61,606 bases of DNA from assembly GCA_027327915.1 (NCBI GenBank), contig DAHVWT010000002.1, positions 1-61,606 on the forward strand. Direction: 5' to 3'. This stretch comes from Elusimicrobiota bacterium. Its GTDB lineage: Bacteria; Elusimicrobiota; Elusimicrobia; UBA1565; UBA9628. The position numbers and the translations under genes are program-made. This document shows, one piece after another, positions 17,742 to 27,398 of the stretch (position 1 is the first letter of the stretch; every line of letters begins with the position of its first letter). The notes under the pieces are model-generated. The model saw only the letters and a program-made list of their open reading frames with translations. It was not told the DNA's origin and made no database searches.

Positions 17742-19489
17742 GCGGCAGCCGGAATCCCCGCGAGAGCGCGCCCGACGTTCGCGACCCGCGCCCCCATCGG
17801 CGGGACCTCGTGGAGATCGGCGGCGACATCGAGGACGCAGGGCCCGCCGCCGCGGAAGGCCTCCCGCAGGGCGCCCGCCATCTCGCCGGGGCGGTCGACT
17901 CGAAACGCCGCGGCTCCCATCGCCCGGGCGATGTCGACGATGTTCAGCCTTCCAGCAAACATCGAGCTTTTGAATTTGCCGCCATAGAGCATCCGCTCGC
18001 CGTGGTAAATCATGCCGTGGCCGCCGTTGTTGACGACGATCCAGACGACGGGCACGCGGTGTTCGACCGCCGTGTGAATTTCCATGCCGTTCATGGCGAA
18101 GGCGGCGTCCCCCACCAGCGCGGCGACGACGCGGCCCGGGGCCGAGAGCTTGCCGCCGATGCTCGCGGCGACCGCGAAGCCCATCCCCGCCAACCCCATA
18201 TTGACGAAGAAGGAATTCTCCCGCAAGACGGGGAAATGGGCCCCGGCCCAGGTCCGGATCGTCCCATTGTCGACAAAGAGAGCCGCGTCCCGCGGAAGGG
18301 CCCGGCGAAGCTCCCCGAGGATACGCCGGGCTCCCAAGGGCCCCAACCCAGCCGTGTCCTCCGAATCGTCCGTCGGGAGCTTCGCCGGGCGGATGAATTC
18401 ATGGCGCCGCGGCTTGAATTCCAGCGGGTTTTCCCGCAAGACCCGTTCCATCTCGAACCGGAGCTCCGTCAAGACGGCCCCCGCGTCGCCGGCAAGCCCG
18501 ACCGCGACGGGAAAGTTCCTTCCGATCGCGCCAGGATCGATGTCGATTTGGAGGAGCGCCTTTTTCCTGCCGAGCCGGGCGTCCCAACCGCAGCTGGACG
18601 CCTCGCCGAGGCTCGTTCCCGCGACCAAGACGACGTCCGCCTCGTCCAGGAGATAGTCCCGGGCCAAGTCCGAGCCCGAATAGCCGAAGACGCCGAGAGA
18701 AAGAGGGTGATCCTCGGCGAGCGCCCCCTTGGCCTTGAACGTCGTCGCGACGGGGATGCCGAAGCTCTCGGCGAGCCCCCTTAAGGGATCCCACGCCTGG
18801 GCGAGGTTGACGCCATGGCCCGCGAGCAGCGCCGGTCGGTTCGCGGACAGGAGCCACGATGCGGCTTCCTTGACGGAGAGCCGGTCGAAGGTTCGGGCGC
18901 GCGAGCCGCGCTTTTCCGGGGGAAACATGTCCCGCTCGACCATCTGCGTCATGACGTCGCAAGGAAGATTGACGTGGACGGGGCCGGGCCGTCCGCTCGT
19001 CATCAGGCGCAAGGCCTTGCGGATGACGGGGCCCGTCGCCTCGGGATGATGGATCATCGTGCTCCACTTCGTGACGGGGCGATAGATCTCGACGACATCA
19101 ACGGCCTCGGGACTCGATTCTTGGAAGGCTCCCTTGCCAAAATGCCGGGTCGGGACCTGCGCCGTCAGGACGAGCACGGGACTGTGGTCGGCGTAAGCCA
19201 CCGCGACGCCCGTCAGGGCGTTCGTCGCGCCCGGTCCGGCCGTCGTGCAGCAGACGCCGATGCCGCCGGAGATCCTCGCATAGCCGTCCGCCATGAACGC
19301 CGCCCCTTCCTCGTGCTTGGCGAGAATCGGCGCGATGACGCCGCGCTCGTAGAGGGCGTCGTAAAGGCCGATGACGGGTCCCCCGGGAATGCCGAAGATA
19401 TGACGGACGCCCTCCCGTTCCAAATGTTCGAGAAGCCCATGGACGGCGGGAACGGCGCCGCGATTCCGCTCCGCCGCGTTCGTCATCAA
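17738..19489 (-). CDS. Thiamine-diphosphate-dependent enzyme (acetolactate synthase-like)
   Basis: FGIPGG, KHEEGAAFMADGYAR, TAGPGATN, RPGPVHVNLP, GDAAF...NNGG ThDP motif. No ilvN or ilvC nearby. Confidence 0.92.
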   Translation of the reverse strand: MMTNAAERNRGAVPAVHGLLEHLEREGVRHIFGIPGGPVIGLYDALYERGVIAPILAKHEEGAAFMADGYARISGGIGVCCTTAGPGATNALTGVAVAYADHSPVLVLTAQVPTRHFGKGAFQESSPEAVDVVEIYRPVTKWSTMIHHPEATGPVIRKALRLMTSGRPGPVHVNLPCDVMTQMVERDMFPPEKRGSRARTFDRLSVKEAASWLLSANRPALLAGHGVNLAQAWDPLRGLAESFGIPVATTFKAKGALAEDHPLSLGVFGYSGSDLARDYLLDEADVVLVAGTSLGEASSCGWDARLGRKKALLQIDIDPGAIGRNFPVAVGLAGDAGAVLTELRFEMERVLRENPLEFKPRRHEFIRPAKLPTDDSEDTAGLGPLGARRILGELRRALPRDAALFVDNGTIRTWAGAHFPVLRENSFFVNMGLAGMGFAVAASIGGKLSAPGRVVAALVGDAAFAMNGMEIHTAVEHRVPVVWIVVNNGGHGMIYHGERMLYGGKFKSSMFAGRLNIVDIARAMGAAAFRVDRPGEMAGALREAFRGGGPCVLDVAADLHEVPPMGARVANVGRALAGIPAAA

Positions 19490-19501
19490 TGGCTCTAAAG
19501 G

Positions 19502-20098
19502 CTACGGCGCATCCGGAGCCGCCGCCAACGTCACGCCAAGAAGCCGCGCGGCCTTGGCCAGCAACTGCCCGACATCGAAGGGCTTGCGGAAAAACGCGTC
19601 GATGTGATGCTCGTCGAGCTTGTGCTCGTTGATCGGGACCTTCTTGCCGGTCAGGGCGATGATCCGCACGTATCGAGTTTCGGGGCGCGTCTTGAGAATC
19701 TGGCAGACCTGGAAGCCGTCCATCTTGGGCATCACGACGTCGAGGACGACGAGATCGGGCGGGGACTGGCCGATCTTGATGAGGGCGTCGATCCCGGAGC
19801 TGCTGGCCTCGACATCGAAAACCTCGGCATGCATGCGGAATATCTTTTCCAGCATCCGCGCCATCTCGGGCTCGTCATCGACGATGAGGACCCGGCGCCT
19901 CCCGGCCCGCAGTTCCGCCGGGATAGGCATTTGGAACTGCTTTAAAAAGCGGATCAACTCCTCCCGGGCGACGCGGCGGTGCCCGCCGGGCGTTACATGG
20001 GCCCTGAGCTTTCCCTCGTTGATCCAATGAAGGACGCTCGAAGGGTAGACGTCGCAAAATTTCGCGATCTCATGGGTCGTATAGGTTTTGAAACTCAT
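19502..20098 (-). CDS. Response regulator with N-terminal excisionase/MerR-like HTH
   Basis: TTHEIAKFCDV...WINEGKL...TPGGHRR HTH; receiver LIVDDE...LDVVMP...LTG...KPF. Confidence 0.9.
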   Translation of the reverse strand: MSFKTYTTHEIAKFCDVYPSSVLHWINEGKLRAHVTPGGHRRVAREELIRFLKQFQMPIPAELRAGRRRVLIVDDEPEMARMLEKIFRMHAEVFDVEASSSGIDALIKIGQSPPDLVVLDVVMPKMDGFQVCQILKTRPETRYVRIIALTGKKVPINEHKLDEHHIDAFFRKPFDVGQLLAKAARLLGVTLAAAPDAP

Positions 20099-20164
20099 CG
20101 AGTTACTGAATTTTTACCGTCTATTGATTGCTTTATCCGTATACGGCGTTTACTTTGTTTAGGC

Positions 20165-20194
20165 AATTTACCATGTTCTCGACTTTGCCGTCAA
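20165..20194 (-). promoter_or_regulatory. Putative sigma70 promoter of the signalling operon
   Basis: TTGACG-18 nt-TAAATT with TG extension on the minus strand, in an AT-rich intergenic region. Confidence 0.55.
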
Positions 20195-20230
20195 CGCTCG
20201 CATTGGCGTCACGGGCATCTGGGAAGCTTC

Positions 20231-21064
20231 ATGCGACGGTTATTGATCATCGATGATGACGACGACTTCTCCGACTACCTGGGCCGCTGCCTGGGCATTT
20301 TCGGCTTTCGGACCGCGAGGGCGGAGAATGGCCGGTCCGGCGTCAAGCTTGCCAAGGCCTTTCATCCCAACCTCATCCTCCTCGATTGGATCCTTAAAAG
20401 CGGCTTTTCCTCCAGCGATGTCTTAAAGACGCTCAAATCCGACGACGCCAGCCGCGGCATTCCGGTCGTCATGATATCGGGCATCAAGGAGAGCCCCGAG
20501 GACGCCGAGGCGGCGCGACGCTTTGGCGCGGAGATATTCCTGACCAAGCTCGATATCACGAACAACCCCGAGTCGCTCCTACGACATCTCAGATGTCTTC
20601 TGGCGGGGCCGATATCGCAATTCCCCGGAACCATTCTTCTCATCGACGACGACGACGCCTTCCAGGAGGCGGCGCGCGCGGCCGCCTCGGAGCTATGCTG
20701 CGATCTCCGCGTGGCCCGCGGCGGCGACGAGGGACTGCGGATGGCCTCGAAATTCAGGCCCTCCCTGATCATCCTCAATCTCCAGCTTCCCGATTTCAAC
20801 GGCTTGATCCTCGCCCAGCTTCTTCGGAGCGGTGGCGCGACCCGCGGCGTCCCCATGATCGTGACCGCCGGCGGCTCGGACGCCGAGGAGCTGCTTGGCC
20901 GGGCAAGCGAACTCCAGGCGCGGGCCTTCCTTAAAGACACCGACGCGTACCGGGAGATACGATCCGAAATCGCCGCGGCCCTGGCCTCAGCCTCGGTCCA
21001 GGCGCCCGCCAAGGAGATGAGAAGGACCGGCCCTTGCGGCAAGAAGGGGCGGAGCGTGTTTTAA
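20231..21064 (+). CDS. Double receiver-domain response regulator
   Basis: REC1 LIIDDD...LLDW...ISG...TK; REC2 LLIDDD...ILNLQLP (phosphoacceptor D replaced by N). Confidence 0.85.
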   Translation: MRRLLIIDDDDDFSDYLGRCLGIFGFRTARAENGRSGVKLAKAFHPNLILLDWILKSGFSSSDVLKTLKSDDASRGIPVVMISGIKESPEDAEAARRFGAEIFLTKLDITNNPESLLRHLRCLLAGPISQFPGTILLIDDDDAFQEAARAAASELCCDLRVARGGDEGLRMASKFRPSLIILNLQLPDFNGLILAQLLRSGGATRGVPMIVTAGGSDAEELLGRASELQARAFLKDTDAYREIRSEIAAALASASVQAPAKEMRRTGPCGKKGRSVF

Positions 21065-21279
21065 GCCGAAAAGAGGCGCCCGAGCCAGCGCCGGAACGCC
21101 GCCGCGAGCCCCGAAGGAGGCGGCGCCAGTATCTCGCGCGCCTGGGCGCGGAACTCGGTCTCGGGGCCGCGGAGATTGGGTTTCGCTCCGGCGCCGGCGT
21201 CCGGGAGTCTCTCCAGAGGGTTCAATCCGATCGTCTTGGGCTTGAATCGGGACTTTCGGCCGCGCCTCTGCTTGCTCAC
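21061..21279 (-). CDS. Small hypothetical protein, putative ParA partner
   Basis: GTGA overlap with the parA stop; basic N-terminus, KTIGLNPL motif, amphipathic C-terminus. Confidence 0.6.
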   Translation of the reverse strand: MSKQRRGRKSRFKPKTIGLNPLERLPDAGAGAKPNLRGPETEFRAQAREILAPPPSGLAAAFRRWLGRLFSA

Positions 21280-22040
21280 GAGATTTTCTCCATGAACTCC
21301 CGCGCCAGGGCCCGGTAGTCCTCGGCGCCGGGGCTCGACGGCGCGTAAAGAGTGACCGGCTTGGCAAAGGAAGGGCTCTCGGCGAGCTTCACGTTCTCGT
21401 GTATCTGCGTCGAATAGAGCAAGGGCCCGAATTTATCCTTGAGAATCCGGACCACCTCCATTGAATGAAGCGTCCGCCGGTCGACCCGGCAGGCGAGGAC
21501 GCCGCAAACCGAGAGGCCCGGATTCAGCCTCTCCCTGACGACCGCGACGGTCTCCATCAACGAAACCACGCCCGAAAGCGCCATGACATGGGCCTCGACA
21601 GGGATGAGCACATGGGAAGCGGCGCTCAAGGCGTTCAAGGTCAGGAGCCCCAGGGTGGGCGGACAATCAACGAAGAAATAATCCCAGCGGCCCGCGGGGA
21701 GGTCCGCCACCTTTTTTTTGAGGATGGCCTCCCCCCCGATCTCCCCCGCGAGAGACTTCTCCGCCTTCGATAGCGACAGGGCGGCCGGTATGATTTCGAG
21801 GCCCGCGACGGCGGTCTCGCGCACCAGATCCGGGAAAGCCGCCGCGCCCGCGAGAGCCTGCGCCAACCCGGGCCTTCCGTCCTCCGAAGCGATCCCCAGC
21901 CACAGGGAGGCGCCCGCGGCCGGATCGAAGTCGAGGACGAGAACGCGCTTTCCCGCCTCCGCCAAAGCGGCGCCAAGGTTGACCGCTGTCGTGGTCTTGC
22001 CGCTTCCCCCCTTATGGTTGAGGACGGCGACCCGTTTCAT
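21276..22040 (-). CDS. parA: ParA/Soj family ATPase (orphan)
   Basis: KGGSGKTTT deviant Walker A, DFDP, DCPP, ENVKLAESPS. Confidence 0.93.
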   Translation of the reverse strand: MKRVAVLNHKGGSGKTTTAVNLGAALAEAGKRVLVLDFDPAAGASLWLGIASEDGRPGLAQALAGAAAFPDLVRETAVAGLEIIPAALSLSKAEKSLAGEIGGEAILKKKVADLPAGRWDYFFVDCPPTLGLLTLNALSAASHVLIPVEAHVMALSGVVSLMETVAVVRERLNPGLSVCGVLACRVDRRTLHSMEVVRILKDKFGPLLYSTQIHENVKLAESPSFAKPVTLYAPSSPGAEDYRALAREFMEKIS

Positions 22041-22053
22041 GGGCTATGGCGGC

Positions 22054-22839
22054 CTAGGGGCAGTTCCGGTTCTCAGCGCGCCATTTCTCGGTGGAGTAGC
22101 CGACCGTCCAGGCGCCGTACATGGGGTTCGGAAGGACGAAATAACGGGGGTCCCACGCGCCGTCGCGAATGATGCGGTCCCTGGCCGAGCGCGCCTCGCC
22201 GCCGTGCAGCGATTTGAAATCAAGCGCCTGGTCGCCGAAGAGCGCCACGATCATCATCGGCCCTGCCGCCTTGCAACGCGGGTCGATCGCGCGCTCGACG
22301 CACTCTTGCCGCCTTTTTTGCTTGGAGTCATCCGGGGTGTCCTGGCCGATCAAAAGGTCCCCTTTCCCCCAAAGGCCGGCTCTCCGCAGGTTCATCCTCG
22401 TCCTCTCCAGCATCGCGGGCCTTCGGTCTGTGATGAAAACGACATGGGCGCCCGGCAGGCCTCGGACGCCGTCCAGGAACCGCTTGGCGCCGGGAACCGG
22501 GTCAAGGAAGTGGCTTTGATTCCACTTGATCCAACGGCACTCATTGAAGGCGCGCCCCCCCTCCGCGACGCGGAAAGGCGCCGTCGTCAGGACGGTATCG
22601 TCGATATCAAGCACCACGCACCAGTTCTTGAGCCCGGGATTTTTTTTCACGAACTCTCGGACGTAGCGAAGCCCCGACCGGTAGACCTCGGAGCAGACGG
22701 CCGCATATTCCAGGGAATCGCGATCCCAGGCGACCGCCGTCGCGTCGGGAGGAGCCGTCCGGGCGGCGGCGGGAGCCTCCGCGGCCCCGGAAGCGGAACC
22801 CAACCCCAAAACCAGAGCGAGCGCCAAACGGCGGGACAC
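22054..22839 (-). CDS. HAD-family acid phosphatase/5'-nucleotidase (e(P4)-like)
   Basis: LDIDDT, PVPGA, GDQALDF, LPNPMYGAW; signal peptide. Confidence 0.85.
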   Translation of the reverse strand: MSRRLALALVLGLGSASGAAEAPAAARTAPPDATAVAWDRDSLEYAAVCSEVYRSGLRYVREFVKKNPGLKNWCVVLDIDDTVLTTAPFRVAEGGRAFNECRWIKWNQSHFLDPVPGAKRFLDGVRGLPGAHVVFITDRRPAMLERTRMNLRRAGLWGKGDLLIGQDTPDDSKQKRRQECVERAIDPRCKAAGPMMIVALFGDQALDFKSLHGGEARSARDRIIRDGAWDPRYFVLPNPMYGAWTVGYSTEKWRAENRNCP

Positions 22840-22840
22840 T

Positions 22841-23524
22841 TTACTTGACGATTCGCGCGGCCTTGATATAGTCGAGCTTGGGGAAGTTCTTCTTCAGGTA
22901 GGCGTTCCCCTGCGCCACGATCTGCCCCTGATTGGGACCCACGCCCTGAGGGGGGCCGTCGCCATAGCCGCTAAAGAGGCTTCGCACCGTGTCCATGCCG
23001 TTGCCGATGACTTCGCCCAGGGGGACGAACCCCATGCGGTCGAGCATCGGGTTATCGGCCAGATTGATGAAGAGCTGGGTCGTGCGGGTGCCGGGCCCCG
23101 CGGTCGCGAAAACGATCGTGCCGCGCTTATTGGAATGGCCGGTCGACGGATCGTCCTGGATGCGCGCCTGCCGCCAGGCGGCGTTGACCTGGGGAGAACC
23201 ATTCAGGCCGAACTGGACGACGAAGCCGGGGACCACGCGAAAAAACGCGTCGCCGTCAAAGAAGCCGTCCTTGACCAAGTTGTAGACCCGATCGACTCCC
23301 AGAGGCGCCCAGTCGCGGTGGAAGTCCACCGTGAACGTGCCGTTCGTCGTCTTGAAGGCGACCTTGAACTCCTTGGGCGCCTGCCGGACGGACTTCGACG
23401 GCTCAAGCAAGAGAGCCGCCTTTCCGGCCTTGCCGGAGGAGGCGGCTTGCGCCGGCGAGAGCCCGCCCCACAGCAAGGCGCCCGCGGCGATCACGACGGT
23501 TGCCGACATATCGTTGATGGCCAT
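22841..23524 (-). CDS. Cyclophilin-type peptidyl-prolyl isomerase, exported
   Basis: WAPLG, FFRVVPGFVVQFG, RTTQLFINL. Confidence 0.92.
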   Translation of the reverse strand: MAINDMSATVVIAAGALLWGGLSPAQAASSGKAGKAALLLEPSKSVRQAPKEFKVAFKTTNGTFTVDFHRDWAPLGVDRVYNLVKDGFFDGDAFFRVVPGFVVQFGLNGSPQVNAAWRQARIQDDPSTGHSNKRGTIVFATAGPGTRTTQLFINLADNPMLDRMGFVPLGEVIGNGMDTVRSLFSGYGDGPPQGVGPNQGQIVAQGNAYLKKNFPKLDYIKAARIVK

Positions 23525-23574
23525 GGCGCCATCGTAGCATGCTGCCGTGGCCCCACGCCAGGCACCAACCTCCT

Positions 23575-23607
23575 AAACTTGACTAAAACACTCAGGTATC
23601 GTAAACT
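23575..23607 (+). promoter_or_regulatory. suf promoter with overlapping Rrf2/IscR-like operator
   Basis: TTGACT-17 nt-TAAACT; 25-bp imperfect palindrome AAACTTGACTAAAACACTCAGGTAT resembling IscR type-1 sites. Confidence 0.65.
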
Positions 23608-23654
23608 AGAGTTGTCGTCGGTTATCTTTTTTCGTCTGTAAAAAAGGAGCCTCC

Positions 23655-24419
23655 ATGCCAGCTCTACTGGAGATCGAGAATCTGCATGTCGCCGTCAAGG
23701 GCCGCCCCATTTTGAAAGGGGTTTCCCTCAAGATTCAAAAGGGCGAAATCCACGCCCTCATGGGCCCCAACGGATCCGGGAAAAGCACCCTCTCCTACGC
23801 CGTCATGGGCCATCCCCGCTACGAGGTGACGGACGGCAAAATCCTCATCGAGGGAAGGGATATCACGGCGCTCCCCCCCTTCGAGCGGGCCCGGCTCGGG
23901 ATTTTTCTCGGATTCCAGTATCCGATGTCGCTTCCGGGCGTCAGCGTCGCCAATTTCATCCGCACGGCGATGAAGTCCGTCAAGGGGGCCGAGGCGGGCA
24001 TCCGAGACTTTCGCAAGACCTTGCGCGAGAAGATGTCGCTCCTCGAGATGGACGAGAAATTCGCCACCCGCTACGTCAACGACGGCTTCTCGGGCGGCGA
24101 GAAAAAGCGGCTCGAGATCCTTCAAATGGCCTGCCTCGCCCCCAAGCTCGCGGTCCTCGACGAGACGGATTCGGGCCTCGACATCGACGCCCTGCGCGTG
24201 GTCGCCTCCGGCATCATGAAGACCGCCGGACCGGAGAACGGCATCCTCCTCGTCACCCATTACCAGCGCATTCTCGACTACGTCAAGCCCCACTTCGTCC
24301 ACGTGTTCAAGGACGGCCGCATCGCGGAGTCCGGGGGTCCCGAGATGGCGCTCGAACTGGAGAAGAAAGGCTACGCCTGGCTCGAGGAAAAGGCCGTGGC
24401 CGCGGAGGCGGCCTCATGA
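23655..24419 (+). CDS. sufC: Fe-S cluster assembly ATPase SufC
   Basis: [29 protein letters not shown]; Shine-Dalgarno AAGGAG. Confidence 0.97.
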   Translation: MPALLEIENLHVAVKGRPILKGVSLKIQKGEIHALMGPNGSGKSTLSYAVMGHPRYEVTDGKILIEGRDITALPPFERARLGIFLGFQYPMSLPGVSVANFIRTAMKSVKGAEAGIRDFRKTLREKMSLLEMDEKFATRYVNDGFSGGEKKRLEILQMACLAPKLAVLDETDSGLDIDALRVVASGIMKTAGPENGILLVTHYQRILDYVKPHFVHVFKDGRIAESGGPEMALELEKKGYAWLEEKAVAAEAAS

Positions 24420-25831
24420 ACCCGTCGACCCAGGCCGCCGCCGGCATCAAGACCGGCTACCAATATGGCTTCCACGACGAGGAAAAGCTCGTCTTCAAGA
24501 GCCGAAAGGGCCTTGACGAGCGTGTCGTCGAGCAAATCTCGCATATGAAGGAAGAGCCTTCCTGGATGCGGGATAAGCGCTTGGAAGCCTACCGGATTTT
24601 CAAGTCGAAGCCCATGCCCGCCTGGGGCGACACCGAGTTCCTAAACGCCATCGACTTCGACGACATCTACTACTACCTCAAGCCCACCGAGAAGATCGAG
24701 GGCCGCTGGGAGGACGTGCCGGAGTCGATCAAGAACACCTTCGAGAAGATCGGCATCCCCGAGGCCGAGCGCAAGTTCCTCGCGGGCGTCACGGCCCAGT
24801 ACGACTCCGAGGCGGTGTACCACCGCATCAACGAGGAGTTGAAGAAGCAGGGCGTGATCTTCACCGACATGGACACGGCGCTCAAGGAATACCCGGACGT
24901 CGTCAAGCGCTATTTCGGCACCATCATCCCCTCGTCGGACAACAAGTTCGCGGCCTTGAACACCGCCGTCTGGTCCGGCGGCTCTTTCGTCTACGTCCCC
25001 AAGGGAGCCCAGGTGGCGATGCCCCTCCAGGCCTATTTCCGCATCAACGCCCAGAAGGCGGGGCAGTTCGAGCGCACGCTCATCATCGCCGAGGAAGGCT
25101 CTAAAGTGCACTACATCGAGGGGTGCACCGCGCCGACCTACGCGGCGGACTCCCTCCACTCGGCCGTCGTCGAGCTCATCGCCATGCCGGGCTCGCACAT
25201 CCGCTACACCACGATTCAGAACTTGTCGAACAACGTCTACAACCTCGTGACGAAGCGCGCGATCGCCCGGGAAGACGCGATCGTCGAGTGGGTGGACGGC
25301 AATCTGGGCTCCAAGCTCACCATGAAATACCCCGCGGTTTACCTCGTGGGCAAGGGCGCCCGCGGCGACATCCTCTCCTGCGCCCTCGCGGGGGAGGGCC
25401 AGCATCAGGACGCCGGCGCCAAGCTCATCTTCGCCGCGCCCCACACTTCGGGGACGATCATATCAAAGTCCATATCGAAGGACGGCGGGCGGGCCAGCTA
25501 CAGGGGCCTCGTCAAGGTCCATCCCCAGGCCCACGACGTCAAGGTCAACGTCCGCTGCGACGCCCTGCTGCTCGACGAGATGTCGCGCTCGGACACCTAC
25601 CCCACCATGGAGATCGATTCAAAGCGCGTCCGCGTCGAGCACGAGGCGTCCGTTTCCAAGATCGGCGAGGAACAGCTTTTCTACCTGATGAGCCGGGGCT
25701 TGAAGGAGCAGGAAGCCGTGACCATGATCGTCAACGGCTTCTTCGACCAGTTCGCCCGGGAGCTCCCTCTCGAGTACTCGGTCGAGCTCAACAGGCTCAT
25801 CCAGCTCGAAATGGAGGGCTCGGTCGGATGA
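24416..25831 (+). CDS. sufB: Fe-S cluster assembly protein SufB
   Basis: [39 protein letters not shown]. Confidence 0.97.
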   Translation: MNPSTQAAAGIKTGYQYGFHDEEKLVFKSRKGLDERVVEQISHMKEEPSWMRDKRLEAYRIFKSKPMPAWGDTEFLNAIDFDDIYYYLKPTEKIEGRWEDVPESIKNTFEKIGIPEAERKFLAGVTAQYDSEAVYHRINEELKKQGVIFTDMDTALKEYPDVVKRYFGTIIPSSDNKFAALNTAVWSGGSFVYVPKGAQVAMPLQAYFRINAQKAGQFERTLIIAEEGSKVHYIEGCTAPTYAADSLHSAVVELIAMPGSHIRYTTIQNLSNNVYNLVTKRAIAREDAIVEWVDGNLGSKLTMKYPAVYLVGKGARGDILSCALAGEGQHQDAGAKLIFAAPHTSGTIISKSISKDGGRASYRGLVKVHPQAHDVKVNVRCDALLLDEMSRSDTYPTMEIDSKRVRVEHEASVSKIGEEQLFYLMSRGLKEQEAVTMIVNGFFDQFARELPLEYSVELNRLIQLEMEGSVG

Positions 25832-27087
25832 GCCCCCTCTCCAGCCAAGGCGTCAGCGATCCGGCAGTGGCCAACGACCGGCCGCCCCACGATCGCCATG
25901 CGTCCGCCGCGCTTCCATCGCGAGACGAGTCCTGGAACGCCTATCTTTCGGCGTCGACGCCGCTGCCGAGCTCCCCGGAGTGGCGCCGAACGGATTACTC
26001 CGCCCTGGGGCTCGATCGCCTCGACGACTCGGGCCGCCGCCCGGACCCGGACGAATCCGAACTCTCCATCGTCGCGCCGCCGGAGGTTTCCATCCTCTCC
26101 CTGGAAGCCGCCCTGAGCGACGCGCGGTTCGCGGCGCAGGCGCGGCGCGTCCTCGAAGCCGACCCGGTCGGCTCCTACGCGAAAATCGAATCCCTCAGCC
26201 GGGCGCTGGCGGCCAAGGACATGCTCGTCTTCATCCCGCGCGCCGCCGCCGACTCCGAGACGGTGGTGCGGATCACGGCGCGCTCCTCGGACGGCTTTGC
26301 CTTTCCGCGCTTCTCGATCTTCGCGGCCCCGGAGAGCCGCGCGATCGTCCTCGAAGAGCATGTCGGAGCGCCCTCCGACGGGCCTTCGGCGTCCCGGACG
26401 CCCACCGTCGTCTCTTTCTCGAGCCTTTTCCTGGGCGCGGGAGCCGGCGTCAAGCATTTCTATCTCCAGGACCTGCCCATGGCCTCGCGGGCGTTTTGGC
26501 GGCAGACGGTCGAGATCGAGTCCCGTGCCACTCTGGCGCACGCTTCGCTTCTCCTTGGTGGCGCCCTCCACAAAAGCGACCTGGCGGTCCGGTTGCGCGG
26601 AACCGGCGCCGGAGCCTCGCTGTGGGGGGCGCTCATGGGTTCGGGGACGCAGAAGTTCGACTTCCATTCGCGCCAAATCCACGACGCCCCCAAGACGCAG
26701 AGCCGCCTCCTTTTTAACGCCGCGCTCAAGGACTGCGCCCGCGCCGTCTACACGGGTCTCATCCGCATCGAGAAGAAGGCCGGCGACTCGGACGCCTACC
26801 AGGAAAACCACAACCTCCTGCTGTCTGATTCGGCGCGCTCGGATACGACGCCTCTTCTCGAGATCCTCACCGACTCCGTCCGCTGCAAGCACGGGGCGAC
26901 GGCGGGAGCTCCGGATCCCGAGGAGCTCTTCTACGTCGAAAGCCGCGGGCTCTCGCCCCAGGAGGCGGAGGAAACCCTGGTCATGGGGTTTTTCTCCCCT
27001 CTCCTGGGCCAGATCCACTCTTCGGAACTCGCCGGCCGCCTCGAGGACCGCGTCGCGCAAAAGTTGCGGGAGGGAGCCTTCCCATGA
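25828..27087 (+). CDS. sufD: Fe-S cluster assembly protein SufD
   Basis: EWRRTD, NLLLS, PLLEI..D.VRCKHGAT, LFYVESRG; ATGA overlap with sufB. Confidence 0.92.
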   Translation: MSPLSSQGVSDPAVANDRPPHDRHASAALPSRDESWNAYLSASTPLPSSPEWRRTDYSALGLDRLDDSGRRPDPDESELSIVAPPEVSILSLEAALSDARFAAQARRVLEADPVGSYAKIESLSRALAAKDMLVFIPRAAADSETVVRITARSSDGFAFPRFSIFAAPESRAIVLEEHVGAPSDGPSASRTPTVVSFSSLFLGAGAGVKHFYLQDLPMASRAFWRQTVEIESRATLAHASLLLGGALHKSDLAVRLRGTGAGASLWGALMGSGTQKFDFHSRQIHDAPKTQSRLLFNAALKDCARAVYTGLIRIEKKAGDSDAYQENHNLLLSDSARSDTTPLLEILTDSVRCKHGATAGAPDPEELFYVESRGLSPQEAEETLVMGFFSPLLGQIHSSELAGRLEDRVAQKLREGAFP

Positions 27088-27398
27088 CGCTCGTCAAGGC
27101 CGCCAAGCTCTCCGACATCCCACCCGGCGGACGCGCGATCGTCCTCGTCGGGGAGACGCGGGTGATCCTTTTCAATACCGCGGGCAAGCTCTACGCCGTC
27201 GAGGACGTCTGCTCCCACGACGAGGGCTCCCTCGACAACGGCCCCCTCGAGGATTTCGATGTCGAATGCCCCCGCCACGGGGCCCGCTTCGACATCCGCA
27301 CGGGCGAGGCCACGCGCATGCCCGCCATCGCGCCCATCAGGACCTTCCTCGTCAAGGTAGAGGGCGACGACGTGCTCCTCGAGACAAACCATGATTGA
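27084..27398 (+). CDS. Rieske [2Fe-2S] ferredoxin
   Basis: CSH...CPRHG Rieske motif. Confidence 0.93.
   Translation: MTLVKAAKLSDIPPGGRAIVLVGETRVILFNTAGKLYAVEDVCSHDEGSLDNGPLEDFDVECPRHGARFDIRTGEATRMPAIAPIRTFLVKVEGDDVLLETNHD

Noticed and set aside
17738-19489. Housekeeping acetolactate synthase ilvB
   Set aside because: No regulatory subunit or ilvC/leu genes nearby and the context is signalling; the family call is kept but the gene symbol is withheld.
25123-27087. N-terminally extended ORF-track calls (654-aa sufD, 787-aa prc, 792-aa kinase, 628-aa rnd, 717-aa coiled coil) as fusion proteins
   Set aside because: The extensions overlap neighbouring real genes in other frames; downstream coupled starts fit better.
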